From: Chiloscyllium plagiosum
Lineage: Eukaryota
Reading direction: 5' to 3'
Length of the DNA stretch: 64,000 bases
Assembly: GCF_004010195.1 (NCBI RefSeq)
Contig: NC_057718.1
Span: 58,901,607-58,965,606, forward strand
Position numbers and translations under genes: made by a program. The number at the start of each line of letters is the position of its first letter. Within the stretch, counting starts at the first letter, position 1. Below are positions 25,640 through 39,530 of the stretch, piece after piece. Below the pieces are notes generated by a model, which was not told where the DNA came from, searched no databases, and worked only from the letters and a program-made list of their open reading frames with translations.

Positions 25640-27100
25640 ATATTCTAACTAAAAAGACTATAAGGGCTGTGACTGCTTCTTTTGCAGAAGAAATTTGAAG
25701 AGTAATCAAAAATCAAGTCTTTAAAATTAAATGGTTTTTGATAGGGCAGACATAGATAATGCATTCTTTATTTGTGAGGTAACCTAAGATCAATGGCCAC
25801 ATAATATTCTCAACATGCAGTTAAGAATTGAGAAGAAAATTATTCGCCCAAGGAAACATTCAAACGTGGAAATTATTACATGTTGGACGTCAAGGTGAAT
25901 AGAAAACTAGACATGTATGTGAAGGAGAAAGGAATGGAAGGACATGTAGATGAATTGAAAAAACTGGGAGAAGGCTTTGTGGAAGCATAGACTTGTTAGG
26001 CTGAGTATTTGTTTCCGTAAAGTGAAATTACAACTCAATGTAATTTCATCATTCTCTTGACTAATACCTTGTAGATGCTGAGGTGATGAAGGCTTAAGAG
26101 ATAAGTCATTCACAACAGAATACCAATGTCCTACTTTCCATCATAAGAAAGAGATTTTGGTAGCTTTAGTATTCATGTGGCTGGTCCAGTTCAATTTCTG
26201 GTCAAAAGTGGTCCCCAAGATGTTGCTAATTGAAATTTAAGCATGCTAATTGGATTTTGGGTGGTAATTTTGCATTGGTCGGTAGGAAATGTAACATTGC
26301 TATTCAGTCAAGTCAGGAGAGAGAAAACAATAACTAGATGCTGGTTAATCTGACATTAATCATTGACAAAATACTGTCATCAATTAGTAACAGGATGTTG
26401 AGCAAGACACTTTTAAAAATCATCATAAAATTAGTCAGGTTCAAAACAATTTTAAGAGAGGAAAAGTATTGGGAAACTATGAATTTGTTAGTTCTTGGAG
26501 GACACCAGCAGATATGATATAGTTGGATTTCCAAAAAGCATTTGATAAGGTGACACGTGGAAGGTTCTCAAACAAAAACTCACAGGGTTGGTGAATGAGG
26601 GCTGTTTATTGGACAAAGGTAGGGATAAAGAGGACATTTCCAAGTTGGCAAGATGTACCTAGTGAAATTCCATGAGATTGTCTAGGGAGCATTCAGCTAT
26701 TTACAATCTATGATAATGGCTTAGAGTAAAAGCCTGATAGTAAAACATATCTAAGTTACTGACAATTTCAAGCAAGGTGGGACAGTTAGTTGTGAAGGGC
26801 ATAATTTCCTTTAATTTTCTGAATAGCTGAGCAAGCACAGCAATCCAAAATCAATGCCATGATCTGTGTGCTGACAGCCTTCGCAGTGCTCATATACATC
26901 TGCACAGCATAGAGGATATGTTAATAAAAATGTAGAAGGTGGAGTACAATCGGAGAATGTGAGGTTATTTTGGTAGGAAAAGTAGAAAAGGAGAACATTT
27001 TAAAATGATAAGTAACTTTTCAAAATTGATGTGCAGAAAGGTTTGGATGTCCATGTTTAAGAGTCAGAGCAAATTTGAACAAAGAACAGACAATGGTATA
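25640..27100. mobile_element. Patchwork of very old CR1 (+) and L2-group (-) fragments
   Basis: LDFQKAFDKV at ~26523-26552, a CR1-like 3' region at 25640-26020, and L2-group GGTCCAGTTCAATTTCTGGTCAA at ~26183. Confidence 0.6.
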
Positions 27101-28294
27101 TCAATGAAAGGTTTCAGTGTGCAATGCTAAGGTGTCTTAATTAAAGTTATTGGGAACTAGGAGACAGTCTCCAGTCCCTACAGACATTACGGGCACAGAG
27201 AAGGATGACTGTGGTTATAAATGCGAACCCTCCTGACTGGGGACAAAGACTCAGGCATAACAGGATTCAGGCACACAGCAGTTTTGTCAAGCAATTGCAC
27301 TTTGAATTTGGTCTCGTTGTGAGGGTTTAGTTATCCCCTTAATCTTCACCTCAGATCAGAAGAGAGATCAATGGTGATTTGTTTTTCCCAATGGGATACA
27401 GTATTTTTATACATTTCATGTGACAATAATCACAAACAACATGGTCATTGTGCCTTTCCCCTTAACCTATATATCCAATCCTGTGAAATACTAAACAGGG
27501 ATGGACAGTCCTATGGACAGACTTAGGTTCCTCATGATCTCATGATGTTTACCAGACATTGCAATCACCTGGCCTTGGGATCTAACAATACATCTAATTA
27601 CTTCACATATCAAAGTTAATTGTTATAATTTGTAATAATTATATTCATTGTATATTTCCCACTGCCTTAATTACAAGGGATACAAAGGAAGTTAGTTCTT
27701 ACTAACTGCTTTAAAATCCATGGTTATTAGTTCCACTATAAAGTTAGCTATATGCAAAGTTTCCTGTCTACCCTTACTGTTAGCGTTCTTTAGTTAATGA
27801 GTTGTAGGCAATTTGGTTCTTAATGATAAGGTGGGGCTTCTTCACTATCTGAGACCAGTTAACTCATATTTTTATTTGAATCTTTTCATCTAATACTTTT
27901 AGTGATTTATGGATTCAGTATATCTATAAATACTATAATTTATCTCTGTGATTATCTGAAGAATCTTTAACCAGAACCTACTCTTAATATTGTGAATAGC
28001 TTTTAAAAAAACCTAATTACTCTGAAATGTTCTTATTTGTTGTTTTGCAGCTGTACATTCTACCTGAGCTCAGCAACCTTGGTTATACAGACTTGTTTTT
28101 GTCCTTCTTGTGAAGGTTACCTTTAACAAATGTTTTTTGCCAAGCTTTTAATTACTGTCAGCCATTTTCTGCAGGGCTAGGGGGAGCTAGCTGTTGGGCA
28201 TTTTGTCCTTCACTTATGGGCAACCCTAACTGCGGCATTGTGGGGGAGGGGGGCATAATCTCAGCTCCAGGATTTCTCTGAAGCAACCAGGTAT

Positions 28295-28680
28295 CCACTG
28301 TTCAGAAGAGAAAGTGATGACTTGATTGAAACATATAAGGTTCTGAGGAGTATTAACAGGATGGAAGTGAAAAGGAGATTTTGTCTTGTGAGGGGTATTA
28401 GAAGTTAGTGTTTAAAAATTAAATCATTTCAGACAGAAATAAGACGAATTTGTTTCCTCACAGGGGTTATGAAGCTTTGGAACTCTTACCTCAAAGGATG
28501 GTGGAAGTTCAGTCTTTGGATATTTTTAGGCAGAGGTAGATAGATTTTTTGATTAACAAGGGGGTGAAAGTTTACCAAGATAGGTGAGGATGTGGAGTAA
28601 CCAAATCAGCCATGTGTTTTTGAATAGTAGAGTAGGCTTGAAGGGTTAAGTGACCTACTCATGCTCCTAATTCCTGTTTG
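28295..28680 (+). mobile_element. CR1 3' end, decayed
   Basis: DLIETYKVLR...FLTGVMKLWNS-like sequence and a tail similar to 15780-16190. Confidence 0.75.
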
Positions 28681-29409
28681 TAAATTGTATTTTCATATCT
28701 AATAACAGCACTGTTCCAACAGCCCTAAATAATACTTTACCCTCATTCCTCATTGCATGAATACATGACTAGAACAAAACATAATTTGCTTTCTTAAAAA
28801 AAGTGTTCTTTGAATATTGTGTGAAATGTCATATTATTTGTGCAAAACTGAAGATTTCTTCAGTAATAAATTACAATAAATGTATCATAGGATGGAAAAA
28901 TACCAAAACAAATTGTTGTACTATTTCATTTATTCCAACAAAATCAACAATATACTGAATAATAGCTATTAAAATAATTTTAGCCAAAGCTCCAAGCAAT
29001 CAGACAGACTGACCAGTGCCATTATGATAAGACATGGCACAGCTTAAGAATTTGCAGATATATAATTCTTATGATTTTACAGTTGCACAAATGGATCGCT
29101 TCCTGTGCAAATTCTTCCTGGGCATTTTTTATTGCTATTCCACAGAGAACTGATATTCCTGCTGTCATGGCCAGACAGCAGGAAGAGAAATTCCAAAATA
29201 AAACAGTTTTCTCTGCTATACTTTCATGTTTAACTTCTGTTCTTTTAAAATGGACTGTTTGCTGGATTCATAAAATAGCCAAGGATTATCACATGACATT
29301 CTGAACCTAATGTATTGTATAGACATTGTAGCTAAAGCTGACAGAAAGGAATTGAAGATTACTTTTCTGCACCTAGCCAGCTAGCAATAGAAACCATCAA
29401 GATATATTA

Positions 29410-30123
29410 TGTTAAAATGAATACAGATTGAAGGGAAGAATCTCCTACACACACATAAGTATAATAGAATAGACATGAAATAGTTGACTGAGAAGACTTA
29501 AGCAAGGCTTATTCGGGTAGAACAATGTGGTCTGCTGAACATGTTGAAATGGCTGACACCTCTGTGACATGTCAGTTAGACCATAGGACCATGCACCCTG
29601 ACCGTTTGGTAGCTGGTTTATGAGATTAGACAGGATGATAGGACGGAATAGCTGACAAAGTAGATAGCTGATTAAATTATCAAACTCTGATTAAATTATC
29701 AAACTAAAATGAGAGCTCTAGAGAGTGACCACATTAGAAAGGGAGGTGGAGACAAACTGCTGATGATTGTTTGAAAATTGTATAAAACGCTGTAATTCGT
29801 GCTCATGAATGAGAGTGATTCCAGTATTCTTGCATGTCTACCTGGAACGCCTCTCCCTGCATTTAAGCTGATTAAATTATCAAACTAAAATGAGAGCTCT
29901 AGGGAGTGACCACATTAGAAAGGGAGGTGGAGCCAAACTGCTGATGATTGTTTGAAAATTGTATAAAACGCTGTAATTCGTGCTCATGAGAGTGATTCCA
30001 GTAATCTTGTCTACCTGGAACGCCTCTCCCTGCATTTACCAGCTTGCAATAAACAGTTTGATTCACTTGAATAAACTCGTCCATCTCTGAGTTGTTACTG
30101 GCTCTATGAAGGGCACTATTACA
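29410..30123 (+). mobile_element. Probable solo LTR with an internal tandem duplication
   Basis: TATAAAA at 29781 and 29962, AATAAA at 30048 and 30070, and a possible TG...CA frame. No TSD found, so the ends are uncertain. Confidence 0.5.
29666..30038. repeat. Tandem duplication (29666-29865 and 29866-30038)
   Basis: Two near-identical ~175-bp units. The first carries an extra 19-bp micro-duplication, CTGATTAAATTATCAAACT. Confidence 0.95.
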
Positions 30124-31059
30124 CCAATGCTTTTACAATTGCCTTGCCACTTCACAATGAAAACTATAATAAAAGAGATAAAGCTCAATTATTAGCTTAA
30201 CAGTCTTTGAATTAACCCACTGAGATGGGCCATCAACATCTGAAATTCCAGCCTGCCTTTGTCACATGACAGAGATCTAAGCTTAATGAATTAATTAAAT
30301 TCTACAATTCTGAGTCAATTTTTGTTTGACCTGCAGAGAGAACATGGGTCTCCAGGATGAGTTGGCAGCCTGCCTTGCATTGTCTAAACTGTTGTCAAGC
30401 TTTTGGCTGGAAAGAAGCCTATACTTCATCGACAAGGAGGACAAAAACACTTGTCCCAGCTCATGGCAGAAACTATTATTGGGCATTAACCTCTGGGACT
30501 TTGTAAATCACTGTTACTAAATTTTAATACTTCTGGTTTTATCAAAACCTATCTTATCTCATGTCCCTAAATTTCCTGAATGCTTGTTGTGTCTGTGTAG
30601 AGTAGCAAAACTCTTTCCCAGCATTCCAAATATTTTAATAAATCCTACCTATAATTTCATCTTCAACCTTTTCCTTGTGAGGTTTTTTAAAAAGTTGAAA
30701 TACAAAAATCAGGGTTTGAAGAGTACCTTTTGATCTACCTCAGTGATAGGAATAGAAAGGGAAAATGGAGTAAATCGAACAATATATCACTGTCATGGGC
30801 TTAAGAATGGAAAAACAATCATAATTTAAACTTATCCCCATTCCTCCTTTTGTCTGTGAATCTACCTTCCTTTAGCCAAGGTTAATTTAGATGACCCCAT
30901 TCTAATCTTTTCTTCCATAATTGCTCTGTGTTCCTCATAATTGCTGAGTGTCCTTTTATGGTAATCTTATAATTATGCATACTCAATTCTATATTTGTGT
31001 AATATATATTATAGATTCACACATTTTGTCATTGAAATATAGGTATCCATGAATGCATT

Positions 31060-31240
31060 AGATGCTGCACTAGAGACAATGCAGAAGAAAAGAAGAGATG
31101 TCACTTATCCACAGAAGGCAGGACAGCCTTTAGATGAAGCCAGTGCAGCCAGATAGGTATGGAAGTCAATGTCTGGAAGGTAGTCAGGGACCCGGAATCA
31201 ATGCCACAAGAAATTCCTTCACTTCATTCAAATGGGCAAT
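31060..31240 (+). pseudogene. PIF/Harbinger Myb/SANT-like ORF remnant
   Basis: DAALETMQKKRRDVTYPQ...MEVNVW...TRNQCHKKF across frameshifts. Confidence 0.55.
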
Positions 31241-32669
31241 CTTAGTGCTTAATCAAAGCTCCATCCCAGCAATTATATCATTAGCCCCACATTGTGGAAT
31301 GCGCAATTAGCTTCCATCAATGGCTACAGACAATTTCTAATCATCACTGTTCATACCTCACACACATAGCTTTGCTTCACCTTTATACAGAGTTGCCTCA
31401 ATCCTCACATCCCCACATCTGATTGCTTTGTACACATTCCAACTGCTCAACTATCCAACTAATGTGGAGTCACATAAACAATTGCATGGCATCCTCTGGC
31501 ACACTTACCTCTTTCTTGCAGAATAAGATAGCATGTAAAGGAGAGCAGTAACCTGTGCCTCATAAGGCAGGAATGGCTGCATCTCAGTGTGCACATGGGA
31601 AGGGATGTTGCTTCCCATTGTTGAAGCAGCCACAATTAAGGCTGTGGGACAGAGACTATTGATAAATATGAAATCCTCACACCTAATCCAAATTCTCACA
31701 TTCTACTTCCCTCTCATTGCATTATCTCTTCAGATTTATACATTGAAAGCATACATCTCCAACTTCCTTCACCACAATCCTATCCTTGTCCCTTTCTTAT
31801 TTCAGATATCTAAGAAGAGCCCAACCAGCCACAGTGGAACAGTAGCAGCTGCATGAACAACAAGGCAATGATATGGTAAACGATGTCACTCACTCCATAA
31901 TCATAGCCTCCAGCTCAGCTACTGTCACTTTATGGTGTAGATTAAGGTGAGATTTTCATGAAGTGAGAGAATAAGTACCCAAGGGTAGCATCAGTACTAG
32001 TCCACTGAAGGGCAAGGTTGGTTTGACTCTGTCTTGTTGATTGTTGAGTTTATCACCTGCACTGTCTTGTGTGTCCGTGGGTCGAACAGGCCTTACTGTA
32101 AGCTAGGAGGTTCATAAATCACCTCTCAAGCCAGAAGATGGGTAGGCTGTCCTTAGTGCTGTCACACGGGGCAGGTACTGGGGTGTGCTGTCCTAGATGT
32201 GGCTGGAAGGATGGTTAGGGATGCCAGATGGTGGGTAGGCTGTCCTGATTGCTGTTGTTCTGGGGATGGGTGGGTGTTGGGGAAACAGGATGGGTTGTCC
32301 CATAGGTGGCTGGAAGATGTGCCTTGGTGTTCTGAGAGCCAGAAGGGGCATGGGGGTGGGCTGCCCTATAGTGGCTGGAAGGTGGAAGGGACGAGTGGTT
32401 TGCTGGGTTGCCAGGGGTGCCTGTGATATATGCACTGCTTTATTGTTTGCTTTATTGCACTGTCTATACGTGATTGCGTCTACTGTTTCCTTTTTGATAT
32501 AATAAGATAGGATTTAAGGTTTGCCCTCCTTTCTCTGTGAGCTGGTTGTATGGTGGGGTTTGGGGGTCTGGCTTTATCACTGGTTTTCCCTGTAAGTTGC
32601 TGTTTCTTGTAAACTGCTGTTCATTGTTAACTGTTTGTAATTTGTACTGGTTATTAAAATTAAAAAATA

Positions 32670-32806
32670 TATATAAACAAGAACATCAGAGGTTCTGTTC
32701 ACTCTGGGAGCTGGCTCTGTGGGATCTGGATCAGTGTCAAGAACTCTCCATGCGTATATAAAGCGTGACTTGGTGATGGGATACCAGCCTCTGTGGAGCT
32801 ATTTCA
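32670..32806 (+). mobile_element. 3' part of an LTR-like repeat
   Basis: ATATAAAC...GGTTCTGTTCACTCTG.GAGCT.GCTCTG...TTCA is shared with 51763-51855. Confidence 0.55.
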
Positions 32807-33709
32807 TTATTAGCTATTGCAGCTATGTCTAGAAACAAATGGTTTGAACAGAATCCATGAAGTCAGGACAAAGTCCCTTGATCGGTCTACAGCACTGCCT
32901 TAGACATCAGCACTTCTAAACAAGACTGCATCCACCTAGCATTTCTACAATTGCAGGAACAATCAGTAGAAACCAAGCACTCAATACCAAAGCATTGATG
33001 GATCTGGGAATTTCTTCCCACTACTGTGCACATGATCAGTTATGCGCATCTGAGAGATAATTGTTGGTAATTTTGGACGGCAACTTTAGTCAGGTTAGTA
33101 TTACACTGACAATGTCATCAAAATTGCATGCTGCACACTTAGCAGCAGAAGCTTATCCACCTTGGTCTGATGTCATTTTGGAAACAAAATACGCTGTTGC
33201 GCCAAAGAAAATGGCACTGTGATGCTGAATTTCGTGTCCCAGTTGATTAATTTTAAAACTGGTTTGAGACCAGTAAAAACATTCAAAAGAAAGGTTTTTG
33301 GAACATTAACTCACTCCACAGCTTCTGCCAGATCCATTGAGTATTTCCAGCATCTGATTTGATTTGACAGTAGTTAATAATAGGTTGAAGCAATCCAACT
33401 TAAAACTCAAGGATTCCCCTCACAGCCTGCAATAACCGCAGGAACAGACCATTGGAAACTGTCAGAGGGTGGTCTATATTAAATCACAATGGCTTCATAG
33501 TATTTTCTCTTTTTTTAAAGGTTCCGAGGACGCTCTTCATTATAATGGTGAGGGTTAAAGATAGCACTAGAGTGTACACATTTGCATAGGCTCACTCCTT
33601 AAGTTCCAGACTTAAGCATTTAAGTGGTGGCCCATACACTTAGTAGGTAGAAGTGCAGTGACTTGCTCAAGGGTCAATGATACAGCCTGAATTCTTTGCT
33701 TAGGTGATG

Positions 33710-36700
33710 TGTGGGATGGTCTGCCTGGATAATTCAGCAGGGTGTTGGGAACCTAAATTGTAGTTCCAGTATCTAGGAGGTTGAGAGCAGTGAGGTCAGA
33801 AGTGAGGTTTCAAGGTCGCAAGAGCTCACCAGCAAGTAGGAAGGTGGTTTGAAGTGTGTCAATTTCAGTGCCAGGAGCATCCAGAATAAGGTGGGTGAAC
33901 TTGCAGCATTGGTTGGTACCTGGGACTTCAATGTGGTCATTTCAGAGACATGGATAGAGCAGGATTTAGATGTTTCAGTAAGAACAGAGAAGATGGTAAA
34001 AGAGGGGGAGGTGTGGCATTGTTAGTCAAGGACAGTATTACAAGGGCAGAAAGGACATTTTGAGGACTCGTCAACTGAGGTAGTGTGGATTGAGGTTAGA
34101 AACAGGATAAGAGAGGTTACCCTGTTGGGAGTTTACTATAGGCCTTTGAATAATTCCAGAGATGTAGAGGAAAGGATAGCAAAGATAATTTTGGATAGGA
34201 GCGAGAGTAAAAGGGTACTTGTTATGTGGGACTTTAACATTCCAAATATTGACTGGAAATATTATAGTTTGATTACTTTAGATGGGTCAGTTTTTGTCCA
34301 ATGTGTGCATATGATTTTCTGACACACTATATAGATAATCCATCAAGGGGCGAAGCCACATTGGATTTAGTACTGGGTAATGCACCTATCCATGTGTTAG
34401 ATTTGGAGGTAGGTGAACACTTTGGTGATAGTGCCCATAATTTGGAAAGGGATAAGTATATACTGCAGGGCAAGAGTTGTTGCTGGGGCAAAGGCAATCA
34501 TGATGTGATTAGGCAAGATTGAACTTGTATAGGATGGGGAAAGAAACTGCTGGGATGGACACAATTGAAATGTGGAACTAATTCAAGCAGCAGCTACTGC
34601 GTGTCTTTGATAAGTATATACTGGTCAGGCCGGGAAGAAGAGATTGAACGAAAGAACCATGGTTTACTAAAAAAGAGGAAGAAGGAGGCTTATGTTAGGA
34701 TGAGACATGAAGGCTCAGTTAGGGTGCTTGAGAGTTACAAGTTAGCCAGGAAAGACCTAAAGAGAGAGCTAAGAAGAGCCAGGAGGGGACATGAGAAGTT
34801 GTTGGCAGATAGGATCAAGGAAAACCCTAAAGCTTTCAATAGGTAACCTTTCACAGGCAAAGGTTGAGGAAGCTCTGGATGTGCTGTACTCCACCACTAA
34901 CACCCTGGAGATGGAAAACCTGAGGCACTGTTTATTGTAACGGTGACTTTAATCAAGTACCACCAGAACATTACCTGCCCCACCAGGTGCCCGAACATTT
35001 TAGACCACTGTTCCATCACTGTGAAGCATGCCTACTGCTCCATCCCCTGCACTCATTTCGGGAACTCCGACCACAGTGCCGTGTTTCTTCTCCCGGTTTA
35101 CAGGCAAAAGCTCAAGCAGGGGACCACCTCATGGATACAGGTCCAGTGCTGGTTGGAGGAGGCAAAGGATAAACTCCAGTGCTGTCTGGAATCGACCATG
35201 TTCAAACAGTCCACAGGTAGCTTGGACGAGTATGCCACAGACTTTATCAGCAAGTGTGTGGAGGGGACTGCATACCGAGGAGGTTAATCAGAGTGTTCCC
35301 CATCAGGAAATCCTGAGTGAATCAGGACAGACAGAACCTGCTATAAACCAGGCATGAGGCCTTCGATCAGGAGACCCATTCAAATGTAAGAAATTTAAAT
35401 ATAACCTTCACAGAGTCATTAAGACAGCCAAGGACAAATACCAATCCAAACTAGAGACCCGAACAGATACCTGGTGACCAAGGCAAGGACTAAACGAGAT
35501 CACAGGTTCTAAGAAGAGACAATGCAAGATAGCAGACGATGATCTATCCCTCCTAGATCGTCTCAACGCCTTCTATACTCGCTTTGAGCAGAAGTTTGGC
35601 AGAGAGGTAACACCTATTCTGACAAGTCCTGAAGAACCTATCCCAACATTCATTGCATCAGAGGTCAGATCAGTTTTCCTTCATGTGAGTCCAAGACAGA
35701 GTACTAGGCCGTGCACTCAGAGCATGCGCAGATCAACTGGGCAGTGGTCTTCTCAGACATCTTCAAACTCTCCCTGCAGCAGGCCACTGTCCCTGCCTGT
35801 TTCGAGAGGGCCGACATTATCCCTGTGCTTAAGAAGGCCCATGCAATATGTCACAATGACTACTGCTCAGTGGCCCTAATTTCGGTGGTCATGAGGTGCT
35901 TTGAAAGGCTGGTCATGACATTAATCAACTCCAGCCTCCCCACTAGTCTTGACCCACTCCAATTTGCCTATCGGACCAACAGATCCACGTCAGCTGCCAT
36001 ATCACTTGCCCTTCACTACTCCCTAGAACATCTTGACACCAACAACAGCTAGGTAAGAATGCTACTCATTGACTACAGTTTAGCCTTCAACACTGTTATC
36101 CCCTCGAGACTGATTACTAAATTTAGTGATCTCGGACTAAGTCCCACTCTCTGCAACTGGATCGTCAGTTTCCTGACCCACAGGCCACAATCAGTGAAGA
36201 TTGGGGACAATATTTCATTATTGCTAACACTCAGCATTGGAGTCCCCAGGGCTGCGTATTCAGCCCCCTACTGTACTCACTGTATACCCATGACTGCGTC
36301 GCCAAATACCAGACTAATACCATTTACAAATTCGCTGATGACACAACCACAGTGGGTCGAATCTCAGATGGCGATGAAAACAAACTGCAGATGGGAGGTG
36401 GAAGACCTGGAAAAATGGTGCACTGAGAACAACCTAGCTCTCAATGCTGACAAAAGCAAGAAACTCATTATTGACTTTCAGCAGGATATTACCCATGCCC
36501 CCCTACACATTTACAGCACAGAGGTGGAACGAGTGAAGAGTGTCAAGCTCCTGGGGGGTGGTCATCCACAAGCTTTCTTGGACTCTTCATGTGGATGCAC
36601 TGGTTACAAAGGCCCAACAACCTCTCTTCTTCCTCAGGCAGCTGAGAAAATTTGGCATGACAGCGAATACCCTTGCCAACTTTTATAGGTGCGTCATCGA

Positions 36701-38345
36701 GAGCATTCTGTCTGAATGTATCACTACTTGGTATGGCAACTGTACCATTCAAGATCAGAGACGGTTACGGAGAGGGGTAAACTTGGCTTGGACAATCACA
36801 AAGGCCAACCCCCCATCTATAGAATCCATCTATCAGGCCCGCTATCAAGGACAGGCTGCCAGCATTCTCAAAGATTCATCCCACCCTGGCAATGCTTTTC
36901 TACAATCTCTACCATTGGGGAGAAGGTACAGAAGCCTGAACACATGCACTAGCTGGTTCGTAACAGTTTCTACCTTATTGTTGTTAGAATACTGAATGGA
37001 CTCACAAACTCTTAACATTCGCCTGTACCTGTGTTTTTGTTTTTGCCACTGTTTACCTATTATTTACTTTCCTTTGCTAATTAACTCTGTAATCTACCTG
37101 TATTGCTCACAAGACAAAATGGCTCACTGTGCCTCGGTACACATGACAATAAATTCATTTCAATTCAATTCAATTCAATTCATTCAGGTATATCAGGAAT
37201 AAAAGAATGACTAGAGTAAGATTAGGGTCAATCAAGGATAGTAGTGGGAAGTTGTGCGTTGAGTCCAAGGAGATAGGGGAATGCTAAATGAATTTTTTTT
37301 CACACTGGACAATGTTGTCCAGGAGAATACTGAGATACAGGGTATTAGGCCAGATGGGATTGAATTACACAGGAGGAGGTGTTTTGGGTCCACTGCTGTT
37401 TGTAATTTTTATAAATGATCTAGATGAGGGCGTAGAAGGATGGATTAGTAAATTTGTGGATGACACTATGGTTGGTGGAGTTGTGGATAGTGCTGAAGGA
37501 TGTTGCAGGTTACAGAGGGACATAAACAAGCTTCAGAGCTGGGTTGAGAGATGGCAAATGGAGTTTTATGCAGAAAAGTGTGAGGTGATTCATTTTGGAA
37601 GGAGCAACAGGAATAAAAAGTATTGGACTAATGGTAAGATTCTTGGTAGTGTTGATGAGCAGAGAGATCTCGGTGTCCATGTACATAGATCCCTGAAAGT
37701 TGCCACTCAGGTTGGTAGGGTTATTAAGAAAGCAAATGTTAGCTTTTATTGGTAGAGGGATTGAGTTTTAGACCCACGAGGTCATGCTGCAGCTATACAA
37801 ATCTCTGGTGCAGCCAAACTTCGGAGTATTGCATACAGTTCTGGTCACCGCATAATAGGAAGGACATGGAAGCTTTGGAAAGGGTGCAGAGAAGATTTCT
37901 TAGGCTGTTGTCTGGTATGGAGGGAAGCTCTTATGAGGAAAGGCTGAGGGACTTGAGGCTGTTTTCGTTAGATCGAAGAAGGTTGAGAGGTGACCTAATT
38001 GAGACATAAAAGATAATCAGTGGGTTAGATAGGGTGGACAGTGAGAGTTTTTTTCCTTGGATGGTGATGGCTAGCATGAGGGGACATAGCTTTAAATTGA
38101 GGGTGATAGATATAGCTCGGATGCCAGAGGTAGTTTCTTTACTCAGAGAGTAGTAGGGGTGTGGAACACACTGTCTGCAATAGTAGTAGACTTGCCAACT
38201 TTAAGGGCACTAAAATGATCATTGGAGATACATATGGATGAAACTGGAATAGTGTAGGTTAGATGGGCTTCAGATTGGTTCCACAGGTCGGCGCAACATC
38301 GAGGGCTGAAGGCTTGTACTGCGCTGTAATGTTCTATGTTCTATG
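33710..38345 (+). mobile_element. CR1 LINE split by a Rex1 insertion, with an internal deletion
   Basis: APE motifs at 33850-34845 (LLGVYYRP, HFGDSAHN). Resumes at 37186, then VLGPLLF, KFVDDT and a (CTATGTT)n tail. Confidence 0.92.
34846..37185 (+). mobile_element. Rex1/Babar LINE, 5'-truncated, (CAATT)n tail, probable AGGTA TSD
   Basis: PTRCPNILDHC, HFGNSDHSAV, NDYCSVAL, LDPLQFAYRTNRST and [15 protein letters not shown] motifs. AGGTA at 34841-34845 and 37186-37190. Confidence 0.9.
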
Positions 38346-38899
38346 TAACCTGCACATTGTCATAGGGACATGACATCAGCAATCAGCTGACAGCATAAAT
38401 GTTTCCATCTGACCGACAAAAATAGGCACCTTCCTGTTAGTTACTTAACTTCCTGCAACTTCAGCATATCATACCATCTAATTCCAGTGCACTTGCACTG
38501 CAAATCATCAAGTGGAGGTAAGATATATGAACCAAGATTTGTTTCAAAGCTTTGCTATGAATTTTCATACCGATGAACCTGTAAGAAATATGTGTCAGAT
38601 CCACTGCATCATTTGACAATGAGATATGAAACGATAAATCACAAAATAGATTTTTAATACTTCAAATTTAAATACATTTACACTTCTACCACCATAAATA
38701 TATTCAGTTTATTTATAGCAGCAATCTCACTACCTGGAATTGCCATAAGTAGATACTTAAATTAGCTCTTTGCTGCTCAGTACAGTTAGTCGTCCTGAAA
38801 TTATGAGGGATGTTTTTGAGTTTCAAACTCACTACTGGAGTACTATAACCAATTTCCCAATTCAGCAGTGGTAAGGCTGTCCGAATGGGACATCTTACA

Positions 38900-39530
38900 G
38901 TCATAGAGTCACATAGATTTACAGCAAAGGAAATGGTCCTTCAGCCCATTGCATCTGTGCTGATCAAAAACAACCACCTATCTATTCCAATCTCCTTTTG
39001 CAGCATTTGGCCCACAGTTTTGTATACCTCAGCATTGCAAATGCACAACTAACTACTTGTAAATGTAATGAAGGTCTCTGTCTATACCAGCTTTACAGGC
39101 AGTGAGTTCCAGAATCTGACCACTCTCTCAGTTTTTCCTCATTCTCCTCTGAACCTTCTGCCCCATAACTTGAACTCTCCAGCACAGGTAACATCCTGGC
39201 AAATTTCTTCAACATCTGTCCAGTGCAATCACATCCCTTCAATAATGCGGATTCCAGAACTGCACACAATACTCTAGCTGTGGCCTGACTAACATTTTGT
39301 ACAGTTCCAACATAATCTCCCCCCCGGCTAATAAAGGTAAATATATCATATGCTTACTTAATCACTTTATCTATCTGTCCTGATATCTTAAGGACCAGTG
39401 TACATGCTAAGGTCCCTCATATCTTCAGTGCTTCTAAGGTTCTGAAAGTTCATTATGTATTCCCCAACTTTGATTGTCCTGTCCAAGTGCATCATCTCAC
39501 ATTTATCTGGAATGATCCTCATTTGAATTT
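38900..39530 (-). mobile_element. CR1 3' fragment, decayed
   Basis: GTCATAGAGTCA tail and CCAGAACTGCACACAATACTC (EYCVQFW on the minus strand). Confidence 0.8.

Noticed and set aside
29666..30038. CRISPR-like array (also 53707-54022 and 62035-62155)
   Set aside because: These are two-copy tandem duplications without unique spacers, in a vertebrate context with no cas genes.
36540..36995. ALKBH8 N-terminal-like (DUF1891) protein
   Set aside because: The KAQQxLFFLRxL motif here is the Rex1/Babar RT C-terminus within a frameshifted LINE.
34846..37185. Active or domesticated reverse transcriptase, or a retron-like system
   Set aside because: All RT sequences in the window have stops and frameshifts, and belong to ordinary non-LTR families.
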